Below, in pieces: positions 37,034-46,511 of a stretch of 64,000 nucleotides of DNA; positions within the stretch are counted from its first letter, which is position 1; each line of letters begins with the position of its first letter. The notes under the pieces are model-generated. The model saw nothing but the letters and a program-made list of their open reading frames with translations, made no database searches and was not told the DNA's origin. Origin of the DNA: an uncultured delta proteobacterium (GTDB lineage Bacteria > Desulfobacterota > BSN033 > UBA1163); contig CAWHBU010000002.1 of NCBI GenBank assembly GCA_963827685.1, positions 768,001 to 832,000 of the forward strand, read 5' to 3'. A program made the position numbers and the translations under genes.

Positions 37034-38506
37034 ATGCATTTCAGAAGTCTTCGATTTAAGCTTACCCTTTGGTATGTCTTAATATTGGGAATCTTACTGA
37101 TTTCCTTTAGTACTTTTCTATATTTCACCCTCTCAAAAAGTCTTCATCGAGATGTCGATAACAAATTGAGGTCTCTCGCTGAACTCATCGCCTCGGAATC
37201 TTCGTCTCCCTTATCGAAATTTGGCTTCGGAAGTATTGAACAAGCCCTTGAAACCTCCATGAATCTAAAACCGATAGGAAAATTCATTCAGGTCTTAGAT
37301 GAATCGGGAAAGATTGGTCCGAAATCTGACAATCTAAAGAATGTTCAACTCCCGATCAGTTTAAATGCCTTGAGGAACGCTTCCAAAGGTTTGATCACCT
37401 ATGAAACCAACCGTTCTATCGGAAACACTCCCTTGAGAATCATCACCTTCCCCGTCGTTGAGAATAATCATGTTACGAAAATTGTTCAAATCGCCTCATC
37501 TTTGGAGGAGGTCGAGGATGCCCTCAACACCTTATTCATCATCTTAATCATCACGGTCCCTTTAGCCCTCATGGTGGCCATTCTGGGGGGAGAATTTCTT
37601 GCCCATAAAGCATTGAAGCCCGTTGATCATATTACCCAGACGGCACGGATGATCACCTCTCAAAATCTGAACCAAAGAATTGACCCTCCCAAGGTGAAAG
37701 ATGAAATATCGAGATTGGCCGAGACCTTCAATGAGATGATCTCGCGGCTTGATCAATCCTTCCGACAAATCAAACAGTTCAGCTCAGACGCTTCGCATGA
37801 ATTGAAAACTCCCTTGACCATTCTCAAAGGAGAAGTAGAAGTTACGCTCCGAAAGGAACGAACCACCCAAGAATACCGACAAACCCTCAAAAGTAACTTG
37901 GAGGAAATTAATCGCATGTCACAGATCGTTGAAGATCTCTTGCTCCTTTCAAAAGCGGATACCGGACAGATACGGTTGAATAAGGAAGACATTGATTTAA
38001 CGGAGATCCTCAATGAGGTCGTCGCTCAAATGGATCTATTAGCAAGGTCCAAAAGGCTAAATCTCTCCGCCTCGAACCATCATCAGAATATTCATATTCT
38101 TGGAGATGCTTTACGAATTAGAGAGTTATTCATCAATTTAATCGAAAACGGGATTAAATATACTGAAGAAGGTGGTTCCATCCATGTCACCGTCCAAAAA
38201 GAATATCCACCCTCGGTGAGAAACCAATCAGACTTGGTAGAAGGAGAGGGGGAGAAATTTGTTAAGATCATTGTATCTGATAGTGGGATTGGAATTGCCG
38301 AGGAGGATCGGGAAAGAATATTTAACCGGTTCTTTCGAGTGGATAAGGCTCGCTCAAGAGAGCAAGGAGGAAGCGGCCTTGGCCTCAGCATTTGCAAGTG
38401 GATCGTCGAAGCTCATCAGGGTGAAATTAAAGTAGAGAGTGAATTAGGAAAAGGGAGTTCCTTTATTGTTACATTGCCCCTCTCTTCCCCTCGAATAGTC
38501 AATTGA
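37034..38506 (+). CDS. Sensor histidine kinase (CusS/CzcS-like)
   Basis: Two TMs, HAMP, FSSDASHELKTPL, NLIENGIKYT, FNRFFRVDKARSR, GSGLGLSI. Confidence 0.93.
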   Translation: MHFRSLRFKLTLWYVLILGILLISFSTFLYFTLSKSLHRDVDNKLRSLAELIASESSSPLSKFGFGSIEQALETSMNLKPIGKFIQVLDESGKIGPKSDNLKNVQLPISLNALRNASKGLITYETNRSIGNTPLRIITFPVVENNHVTKIVQIASSLEEVEDALNTLFIILIITVPLALMVAILGGEFLAHKALKPVDHITQTARMITSQNLNQRIDPPKVKDEISRLAETFNEMISRLDQSFRQIKQFSSDASHELKTPLTILKGEVEVTLRKERTTQEYRQTLKSNLEEINRMSQIVEDLLLLSKADTGQIRLNKEDIDLTEILNEVVAQMDLLARSKRLNLSASNHHQNIHILGDALRIRELFINLIENGIKYTEEGGSIHVTVQKEYPPSVRNQSDLVEGEGEKFVKIIVSDSGIGIAEEDRERIFNRFFRVDKARSREQGGSGLGLSICKWIVEAHQGEIKVESELGKGSSFIVTLPLSSPRIVN

Positions 38507-38748
38507 AAATTGCCTTTAAATCAATTAAATCACTTCCAAATAATTGGCTAATTATTTCGCAGTTGTACTATTTTTTTGCACCATTTTGTAAGCAAAAGAA
38601 TAGGAGAAATAATAAAATTCATAAAATTCAAGTAATTAAAAAATAGGCAAAAATTGGCACTCATTTTGCTACCATTACTTTACTCTTGACAAAAATTCAT
38701 CTTTTTTAATATCTTAAATTATTCCAGAAACTTAGGAGGGAACAGAAA

Positions 38749-40545
38749 TTGACAGAACGCTTGGGTGAACTCCTTATAAAAAGAAATTATATCACCCCCG
38801 ATCAACTTAAAAGGGCTTTAGATGAACAGAAATTAAAGGGGGGGCGCTTAGAATCGAACCTGGTCAGATTGGGATATGTCAAAGAAGATGAATTATTATC
38901 CTTTCTCAGTGCCCAATATAGGGTTCCCTCCGTCAAAATTTCGAAAATGGAAATCAATCCAAATGTGATCAAATTAATTCCTTCCAGCATTTCAAAAAAG
39001 TATTTCATCATCCCCATCAATCGAATGGGTCCCAAATTGACTTTGGCGATGGCCGATCCCAGCAATATTGTCGTAATCGATGAAATCAAATTTATGACCG
39101 GCTTCAATGTCGAGCCCGTGGTGGCGTCAGAGACAGAGATTGTCGATGCGATCAAGAAATATTATGGAGGAGGTGGAAGTGTTGCTGGGTTGGGAAACGT
39201 CTCCTTCGAAGCGAGCGACTATGATCTGGATGGTGAAAAGACCGGCGCCCTGGATGGCATCATGCTTGACGACAATGTCGTTGATGTTGAAGATTTTGAT
39301 AAACTGGTTCACGGGGCAGTAGATAATGTCGAAGTGGTTGACACTCAACTCAGTTCAGATGATTCCTTGGATATGGAAGGTCCGATCATCAAGATCGTCA
39401 ATGGAATTCTGATCAAAGCCATAAAATTGGGAGCAAGCGATATCCATTTTGAACCCTACGAGAGGACGTTTCGAGTGAGGTATCGGATCGATGGCGTGTT
39501 GAGGCGGGATATGTCGCTTCCCGTCCAAATCAAAAATGCGATGACATCACGCTTAAAAATTATGGCGAAATTAGATATTGCTGAAAAGCGACTCCCCCAG
39601 GACGGAAGGATCAAGCTACGGATGGGAAAGGGAGGGGAAATGGACTTTCGGGTCTCTTCCATCCCTACCCTTTTTGGTGAAAAAGTTGTCCTTCGTTTAT
39701 TAGATAAATCCGCTTTGCAACTGGACATGACAAAGCTGGGGTTTGAAGAATCGTCCTTAGCTGATTTAAAGGCGGCGATCCACAAGCCTGTCGGAATGAT
39801 CCTGGTGACCGGTCCCACCGGAAGCGGAAAGACGACCACTCTCTATTCTGCCTTATCCGAATTAAATAAAGAGACCGACAATATTATCACAGCGGAAGAT
39901 CCCGTCGAATATAATTTTATGGGGATCAATCAGGTCCAGATGCATGAAGAAATTGGACTCACCTTTGCCTCCTCCCTCCGTTCCTTCCTCCGACAAGACC
40001 CTGATATTATCATGGTAGGTGAGATTCGGGATTTCGAAACCGCTCAGATCGCGGTTCAAGCCGCCCTAACCGGACATCTCGTCCTCAGTACTGTTCACAC
40101 CAATGACGCCCCGGGAACGATTAATAGATTAATTGATATGGGAATCGAGCCGTTTTTAATCTCCTCAGCCGTAATATTAATCCTGGCCCAGCGATTGATC
40201 CGGAAAACCTGTATGGATTGCAGGGAGCCCGTCAAAGTACATCCTCAACTCTTAATCGATTTGGGAATTCCACCCGATGAGGTAAGATCTTTCCAGGTTT
40301 ACAAAGGGAAAGGATGCTCCATTTGTAATAACACCGGATATAAAGGCAGACTTGGACTTTATGAAGTGATGCCCATGAAAGAAGAGCTTAAGGAGCTTGT
40401 CTTATCCCGAGCTTCCAACTCTGAAATTAAAAAGGAAGCCATCCGTATGGGAATGAAGACATTGAGGCAGAGCGGAATTACGAAGATTAAAGATGGGGTC
40501 ACGACCATTGAGGAAGTTCTTCGGTCAACCATCGAGGATCGATAA
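38749..40545 (+). CDS. pilB: Type IV pilus assembly ATPase with N-terminal MshEN motif
   Basis: RLGELL...QLKRALDEQ, GPTGSGKTT, LRQDPDIIMVGEIRD, GHLVLSTVHTND, CxxC pairs; TTG start after AGGAGG. Confidence 0.97.
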   Translation: MTERLGELLIKRNYITPDQLKRALDEQKLKGGRLESNLVRLGYVKEDELLSFLSAQYRVPSVKISKMEINPNVIKLIPSSISKKYFIIPINRMGPKLTLAMADPSNIVVIDEIKFMTGFNVEPVVASETEIVDAIKKYYGGGGSVAGLGNVSFEASDYDLDGEKTGALDGIMLDDNVVDVEDFDKLVHGAVDNVEVVDTQLSSDDSLDMEGPIIKIVNGILIKAIKLGASDIHFEPYERTFRVRYRIDGVLRRDMSLPVQIKNAMTSRLKIMAKLDIAEKRLPQDGRIKLRMGKGGEMDFRVSSIPTLFGEKVVLRLLDKSALQLDMTKLGFEESSLADLKAAIHKPVGMILVTGPTGSGKTTTLYSALSELNKETDNIITAEDPVEYNFMGINQVQMHEEIGLTFASSLRSFLRQDPDIIMVGEIRDFETAQIAVQAALTGHLVLSTVHTNDAPGTINRLIDMGIEPFLISSAVILILAQRLIRKTCMDCREPVKVHPQLLIDLGIPPDEVRSFQVYKGKGCSICNNTGYKGRLGLYEVMPMKEELKELVLSRASNSEIKKEAIRMGMKTLRQSGITKIKDGVTTIEEVLRSTIEDR

Positions 40546-40578
40546 CCCATCAAAGGGGAAATTTAAGGGGAAAGAATT

Positions 40579-41685
40579 ATGATTGAATTACAAAAATTGC
40601 TTGAAATCGTCATTGAAAAAAAGGCCTCCGATTTACATATCACTACAGGAGCCGCTCCGCAATTTCGGATTGACGGAAAGCTAATGAGCTTTGATGACAC
40701 CGTTCTGATGGGACCTGACACCAAAAGACTCTGCTATAGTGTATTGACCGATGCCCAGCGACATAAATTTGAAGAGGAGTGGGAATTAGACTTTTCCTTT
40801 GGGATTAAAGGATTGAGCCGATTCAGGGGGAATATCTTCATGCAGCGGGGCGCCGTAGCGGGAGCCTTTCGAGCCATTTCCTTCGACATCCTCAATTTTT
40901 CTGAATTGGGAATCCCTCCTGTGGCTAATGAGTTGCTCAAAAAGCCCAAGGGTCTTGTATTGGTAACAGGGCCGACAGGAACCGGAAAATCAACGACCTT
41001 AGCCGCCATGATTGATAAGATCAACAATGAAAAAAGCGATCATATCGTCACCATCGAGGATCCGATCGAATATCTTCACCGCCACAAAAGTTGTATCGTC
41101 AATCAAAGAGAGGTGAACCAAGATACAAAAAGTTTCACGGCTGCCCTTCGACACATCCTCCGCCAGGACCCGGATATCATACTCATCGGCGAGATGAGAG
41201 ACCTGGAGACGATCGAGGCAGCCCTCATCTGTGCAGAAACAGGCCATTTGACATTCGCCACATTGCATACCAACTCCTGCGTGGAAACGATCAATCGTAT
41301 CATCGACGTCTTTCCTCCCCACCAGCAAACTCAAATTCGGACACAACTCTCCTTTGTTTTAGAAGGGGTGTTAGCCCAGCAGCTCATTCCAAAGATAGGG
41401 GGCAAGGGCCGTGCCTTGGCGATGGAGGTGATGATTCCGAACCCGGCCATTCGAAACCTTATTCGAGAAGATAAAATTCAACAGATCTATTCAACGATGC
41501 AGGTAGGTCAGACAAAATTCGGGATGCAAACGATGAACCAGGCCCTCCTTACGCTTGTGGAGCGCCATATCATCTCCTTGGAGGATGCTATGGAGCGAAG
41601 CCATAATCTGGACGAATTTCGGCAAATGCTTTCCAGTTCCAATATTGCCATGGCGAAGAAGGAGAGACCTGCGAGAACCGCCTAA
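40579..41685 (+). CDS. pilT: Type IV pilus retraction ATPase
   Basis: GPTGTGKSTT, GEMRDLET, AETGHL, AIRNLIRE motif, GMQTMNQ. Confidence 0.97.
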   Translation: MIELQKLLEIVIEKKASDLHITTGAAPQFRIDGKLMSFDDTVLMGPDTKRLCYSVLTDAQRHKFEEEWELDFSFGIKGLSRFRGNIFMQRGAVAGAFRAISFDILNFSELGIPPVANELLKKPKGLVLVTGPTGTGKSTTLAAMIDKINNEKSDHIVTIEDPIEYLHRHKSCIVNQREVNQDTKSFTAALRHILRQDPDIILIGEMRDLETIEAALICAETGHLTFATLHTNSCVETINRIIDVFPPHQQTQIRTQLSFVLEGVLAQQLIPKIGGKGRALAMEVMIPNPAIRNLIREDKIQQIYSTMQVGQTKFGMQTMNQALLTLVERHIISLEDAMERSHNLDEFRQMLSSSNIAMAKKERPARTA

Positions 41686-41798
41686 ACTCTGTCGCTGCAT
41701 GAGTATGGGGAATCATCCAATTTGATAACGGATCATAGGGTTGGGGGTTTCGAATTTATTACAACAACAGGTTAAACCTATTAGGAAAGGAATGAATT

Positions 41799-43007
41799 AT
41801 GCCAATTTATAAATGGGAAGGGAAAACAGCTAAAGGAGCCATCAAAAAGGGAGAGATGGAAGCTCCCAGCGAGGCTGCCATTCGAATCCACCTTCGACAG
41901 CAGAATGTCATCCCGACCAAAATCAGTGCCAAGGGAAAAGAGATCACGATTTCTTTGCCTTTCTTTAAGAAAAAGGTAAAACAACGATCGGTTGCTATTT
42001 TTACACGACAACTTGCCACCATGATTGATGCAGGATTGCCGCTGGTTCAATCATTAGAAATTCTCTCCTCACAACAAGACGATAAACTTTTCAAAAATAT
42101 TATCCGGGAGATCAAGGAAGATGTGGAGGGAGGTTCTACCTTTGCCGGAGCCCTTAAAAAACATCCCGTAACCTTCACTGAATTGTATACGAACTTAGTT
42201 GTCGCAGGTGAGGAAGGTGGGATCTTAGACACTATTTTGACCCGTCTCGCGAGCTACATTGAAAAGGCGGAAGCTCTGAAAAAGAAGGTTAAATCGGCAC
42301 TCGTGTATCCGGCCACCATTGTGACCGTGGCTATCGCTGTCGTAATGATCTTGATGATCTTTGTCATCCCTGTCTTTGAAAGCATGTTTAAATCAGCCGG
42401 GCAATCCTTGCCTCTCCCTACGGTTATCGTACTCACGATCAGTAAGCTGATCAAAAATACCTTCTACATTATTATCCCGGCCCTCTTCCTCTTGTTTTAT
42501 CTGTTCAAAAAATATTATCAGACTCAAAGCGGAAGGGCTATCGTTGACCGTCTTCTCTTGAAACTGCCTGTGTTTGGACCGTTATTTAAAAAGATTGCCG
42601 TGGCCCGCTTCTCACGGACATTAGGAACTCTGGTCAGCAGCGGGGTTCCCATCTTAGACGGATTAAGTATTGTTTCAAGAACCTCAGGAAATAGAGCCAT
42701 TGAGATAGCCATTATGAATGCGAGAGCCAGCATTCGGGAAGGTGAAACCATTGCAGAGCCCTTGAACCGAAGTACTCTCTTCCCCCCCATGGTCATCCAG
42801 ATGATCGCGGTGGGAGAATCCACAGGAGCGTTGGACGCCATGCTGTCCAAAATTGCAGAGTTTTATGAGGAAGAAGTGGATGTTGCAGTGGCCAATTTGA
42901 CCTCCCTTCTCGAACCCCTACTGATGATCTTTTTAGGAGTCGTGATCGGAGGTGTTGTAATCGCCATGTATCTTCCCATCTTCAACATGGCCTCGGCGGT
43001 GGGTTAG
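41799..43007 (+). CDS. pilC: Type IV pilus inner-membrane platform protein
   Basis: FTRQLATMIDAGLPL, AGEEGGILD, MIAVGESTGALD, AMYLPIF. Confidence 0.97.
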   Translation: MPIYKWEGKTAKGAIKKGEMEAPSEAAIRIHLRQQNVIPTKISAKGKEITISLPFFKKKVKQRSVAIFTRQLATMIDAGLPLVQSLEILSSQQDDKLFKNIIREIKEDVEGGSTFAGALKKHPVTFTELYTNLVVAGEEGGILDTILTRLASYIEKAEALKKKVKSALVYPATIVTVAIAVVMILMIFVIPVFESMFKSAGQSLPLPTVIVLTISKLIKNTFYIIIPALFLLFYLFKKYYQTQSGRAIVDRLLLKLPVFGPLFKKIAVARFSRTLGTLVSSGVPILDGLSIVSRTSGNRAIEIAIMNARASIREGETIAEPLNRSTLFPPMVIQMIAVGESTGALDAMLSKIAEFYEEEVDVAVANLTSLLEPLLMIFLGVVIGGVVIAMYLPIFNMASAVG

Positions 43008-43047
43008 ATTTCCTCCTGTTCCATATCCTGTTGAATGGCGGAATTGA

Positions 43048-44757
43048 ATGGACACGAATTCAACCCTTTCACTCGATACACACCCAAAAATGTTAAAAAA
43101 TGTGGAGGGATTGATGTTGGGTCGCATCATCATCCTCACCCTTCTCCTCACCATCACCTTCCTTTTCCAACTTTCTGAAAAGAAATATTTTTTCATCCCC
43201 ATGACCAATACCTTCTATTATTTCATAGGACTTCTTTACTTGGTGACCATCGTTTATTCGATTTTTTTAAGAAGAATTAAAGACCTCTACCGATTTGCAT
43301 TTTCCCAAATTGTCATCGATCAACTCTTTATCACGGCTTTGATCTATTTTACGGGGGGAAAGGAAAGCTTTTTCCCCATCGTCTACATTTTCTCGATCAT
43401 TGCAAGCAGCACGATTTTTTACAAGCGGGGAGCTCTCCTTTCCGCTTCTCTCTCCTCGCTTCTCTATGGCCTCCTCTTATTACTCCAACTTTATCATTGG
43501 ATTAATCCCTTAGGCCAACCTTCTATTTACGACGCCAGCCAAATCTTTTACTCCTTGATCATTTACATGGCCACCTTTTATATCGTCGCTTTCCTGAGCA
43601 GCGCGATATCGGAGGAGTTGAAGAAAAAGAAAAGAGAACTCGTCCAGAAACAAGTAGATTACAATCGATTAGAGACTTTCAATCGAAATATTATTCAGAG
43701 TCTGGATAGCGGCCTTCTGACAATCGATCTCTACGGGAACATCAATTTCCTAAATCGAACCGCTGAAAAGATCTTGAACCGGAACGGAGAGTCATTGAAA
43801 GACACTTCTATTTATCACTTGTTTCCAAAAATTAATGAGATGGTCGAGCAAGTTAAAAGGAAGGTCTCGGAGTCCTCCCCTGACTATCAACGTTATGAGA
43901 GTCTTTTGACCAATCATGATGGAAGGACAATTTATCTTGGATTTTCCATCTCTCCCCTGACGAACCCAGAGGGATCACTGATCGGCCATACCCTGATTTT
44001 TCAGGACATTACGAAATTTAAGGAGATGGAAGAGCAGATGAAACGGGGGGATAAGATGGCAGCCGTTGGATTACTGGCCGCAGGAATGGCACACGAAATC
44101 AGAAACCCGTTGGCATCCCTAAGCGGGTCCGTTCAAATGTTAAGAACTGAACTCACCTTAGATGATCACCAGCAGCATCTCATGGAGATCACCTTGAGGG
44201 AAGCGGAAAGGTTAAATGCCTTGATCACAGACTTTTTACTTTTTGCACAACCTCCTCAAACCAATAAAATTCTTACTCCGATAGGAAGGATTCTCGAGGA
44301 AACCATAGACCTCTTTATCCATTCCCCTTCCTTTCATGACGGAATCCGTATCCTCCGACCGAGTAGCCAGGAGGAGATACGGGTCTCGATCGACCCTGAC
44401 CAGATGAAACAGGTTTTTTGGAACCTTTTTATTAATGCGGCCCAGTCGATGTCCGATGGTGGAAAAATTCAGATCCAATTGGGTAAAGGGAAGGCCCTGG
44501 GGGTCACCGGCCTCTCCCCCTCGCCCCAGGGGAGAGGAAAGGAATGGGTAAAGATTTCCATCACGGATTCTGGAAGTGGGATTGCTCTGGAAGAGAAGGA
44601 GAAAATCTTTGAGCCTTTTTTTACGACCAAAGAGAATGGAACGGGATTGGGCCTTTCGATCGTCCATAAAATCGTTGAAAACCATAAGGGATTGATCAAG
44701 GTGGAAAGTGAGTTGGGCAGGGGATCCACCTTTAGCATTTTTCTCCCTGTCGATTAA
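43048..44757 (+). CDS. pilS: Pilin-regulating sensor kinase
   Basis: Six N-terminal TMs, PAS, AGMAHEIRNPL; located between pilC and pilR. Confidence 0.9.
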   Translation: MDTNSTLSLDTHPKMLKNVEGLMLGRIIILTLLLTITFLFQLSEKKYFFIPMTNTFYYFIGLLYLVTIVYSIFLRRIKDLYRFAFSQIVIDQLFITALIYFTGGKESFFPIVYIFSIIASSTIFYKRGALLSASLSSLLYGLLLLLQLYHWINPLGQPSIYDASQIFYSLIIYMATFYIVAFLSSAISEELKKKKRELVQKQVDYNRLETFNRNIIQSLDSGLLTIDLYGNINFLNRTAEKILNRNGESLKDTSIYHLFPKINEMVEQVKRKVSESSPDYQRYESLLTNHDGRTIYLGFSISPLTNPEGSLIGHTLIFQDITKFKEMEEQMKRGDKMAAVGLLAAGMAHEIRNPLASLSGSVQMLRTELTLDDHQQHLMEITLREAERLNALITDFLLFAQPPQTNKILTPIGRILEETIDLFIHSPSFHDGIRILRPSSQEEIRVSIDPDQMKQVFWNLFINAAQSMSDGGKIQIQLGKGKALGVTGLSPSPQGRGKEWVKISITDSGSGIALEEKEKIFEPFFTTKENGTGLGLSIVHKIVENHKGLIKVESELGRGSTFSIFLPVD

Positions 44758-44772
44758 AAAGAGGACATAAGC

Positions 44773-46173
44773 ATGATCAAGGACAAAATCTTAGTGGCCG
44801 ATGACGAACAAAGCATGAGGGAATTCTTAGACATCATGCTGAAAAAGGAGGGGTACAGAGTTTCACTTGCCTCGAATGGAGAGGAAGTCGCCAAACTGGT
44901 CGAGAATGATCTCTTTGACTTGGTCCTCCTGGATATTCGCATGCCCAGGCTGGATGGAATCTCTGCATTAAAAAAGATTAAGGCCAACGCCCCGGAAACC
45001 ATTGTGATCATGATCACTGCTTATGCTTCTGCGGACACGGCCATCAAGGCGATGAAGGAAGGGGCCTATGACTACATCACGAAACCGTTCAAGGTCGAAG
45101 AGATCAAATTGATCATAAAAAATGCGTTGGAAAAGAAGAATCTCCAAAAGGAAAACATCCTCCTAAAACAGGTGGTCCGGGACCGTTTTCATTTTGGGAA
45201 TATCATCGGGCAAAGCCCCAAAATGGTAGCTTTGTATGATCTTTTGGAGAAAGTATCTCCCACCAAAACAAATATTTTGATTACCGGAGAAAGCGGAACA
45301 GGCAAAGAGTTGGTGGCGAAGGCGATCCATTATAATAGTCCCCGGAAAGAAAAACCTTTCGTCACCTTAAATTGCGGCGCCATCCCCGAATCTCTCATCG
45401 AAAGTGAACTCTTTGGCCACATGAAAGGGGCCTTCACCGATGCCATTGCTACCAAAAAGGGATTGTTTGAAGTGGCCGATGAGGGGACGATCTTCTTGGA
45501 TGAAATCAGTGAATTGCCTCTCCTCATGCAAGTGAAATTATTACGCGTATTACAGGATAAAGAATTCAAAAGAGTGGGCGGGACGGAAGACATCCGGGTG
45601 GATGTCCGAATTATCGCTGCCACGAATAAAGACCTCGAAGAGGGGGTGAAAGAAAAGCGCTTTCGCGAAGATTTATTTTATCGTCTCAATGTCATCCAGA
45701 TTAAACTTCCACCTTTAAGGGATCGGAAAGAAGATATCCAAATTCTGGCCAACCATTTTCTAAAAAAATATTCCCAAGAGTTGACAAAAAGCATTTTGAA
45801 GATCACCCCAGAGGCACTCCAGATTCTGCTAAATTACGAATATCCGGGCAATGTGAGAGAACTTCAGAATATTATTGAAAGGGCAGTCGCTTTGGAGAGT
45901 CACCAAGAACTCACCGCACACAATCTGAGTTCTTATTTAAGCGAACACCCCCTTCAGAGAAAAGGACCGATTGACATCGAGATTCCGACTGAGGGAATTG
46001 ACCTTGAAAAAATGGTGGAGGATCTTGAGAGGAGTCTTCTGATGAAAGCGTTGGATAGAACAAAAGGGATTAAAAAGAAAGCGGCAGAGCTTCTGCACAT
46101 TAATTTCCGTTCCATGCGTTACCGGTTAGAAAAATACGGATTGAATCACGGGGTAGATTCTGAGCTGGATTGA
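44773..46173 (+). CDS. pilR: Sigma-54-dependent response regulator
   Basis: Receiver, GESGTGKE, ELFGHMKGAFTDA, C-terminal HTH FRSMRYRL. Confidence 0.92.
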   Translation: MIKDKILVADDEQSMREFLDIMLKKEGYRVSLASNGEEVAKLVENDLFDLVLLDIRMPRLDGISALKKIKANAPETIVIMITAYASADTAIKAMKEGAYDYITKPFKVEEIKLIIKNALEKKNLQKENILLKQVVRDRFHFGNIIGQSPKMVALYDLLEKVSPTKTNILITGESGTGKELVAKAIHYNSPRKEKPFVTLNCGAIPESLIESELFGHMKGAFTDAIATKKGLFEVADEGTIFLDEISELPLLMQVKLLRVLQDKEFKRVGGTEDIRVDVRIIAATNKDLEEGVKEKRFREDLFYRLNVIQIKLPPLRDRKEDIQILANHFLKKYSQELTKSILKITPEALQILLNYEYPGNVRELQNIIERAVALESHQELTAHNLSSYLSEHPLQRKGPIDIEIPTEGIDLEKMVEDLERSLLMKALDRTKGIKKKAAELLHINFRSMRYRLEKYGLNHGVDSELD

Positions 46174-46197
46174 TTAGTTAGAAAATAATGTGCCCGT

Positions 46198-46231
46198 GCC
46201 TGCACGCCGAAGTGCGTTCCGGCACGCAGGC
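46198..46231. repeat. GC-rich palindromic REP-like element
   Basis: GCCTGC-AC-GCCG aagtgcgttc CGGC-AC-GCAGGC, flanked by gtgYYcgtg-like repeats. Confidence 0.6.
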
Positions 46232-46320
46232 GTGTTCGTGGTGCGTGTCCGTGAGAAATCAATTTTTATGGTTTGTGAGTGGCCTAACGGCCATGGACAA
46301 TGATGCAGAAAACAGGTTCC

Positions 46321-46351
46321 GTCCAACGGTAAGGATAAGGATGCCCGTATC
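46321..46351 (+). promoter_or_regulatory. Conserved oriented motif, copy 3 (GTCCAACGGTAAGGATAAGGATGCCCGTATC)
   Basis: 29/31 identical to the reverse complement of 14890-14920. Confidence 0.6.
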
Positions 46352-46390
46352 ATTTAGGGGCGATAAACGATGAACAGTGTATTACCTTTT

Positions 46391-46439
46391 TTGTTCATTG
46401 TTCATTGTCCATTGTCCGTTGTCCATCGTTCATTGTCCG
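46391..46439. repeat. Tandem 7-mer TTGTYCR x7
   Basis: ttgttca ttgttca ttgtcca ttgtccg ttgtcca tcgttca ttgtccg; short inverted arm at ~46361-46379. Confidence 0.9.
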
Positions 46440-46511
46440 AAATAAGCCTCCTATCCATAACCTTAAGCTATGGTTCTCCCAGCTTTTTTGTGAGTTACCT
46501 CCCCTTAATGA

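Noticed and set aside
38654-38670. Sigma-54 promoter for pilB (TTGGCAC-TCATT-TTGAC)
   Set aside because: The -12 element reads GA instead of GC; a sigma-70-like TTGACA at 38686 is an alternative. Not supportable.
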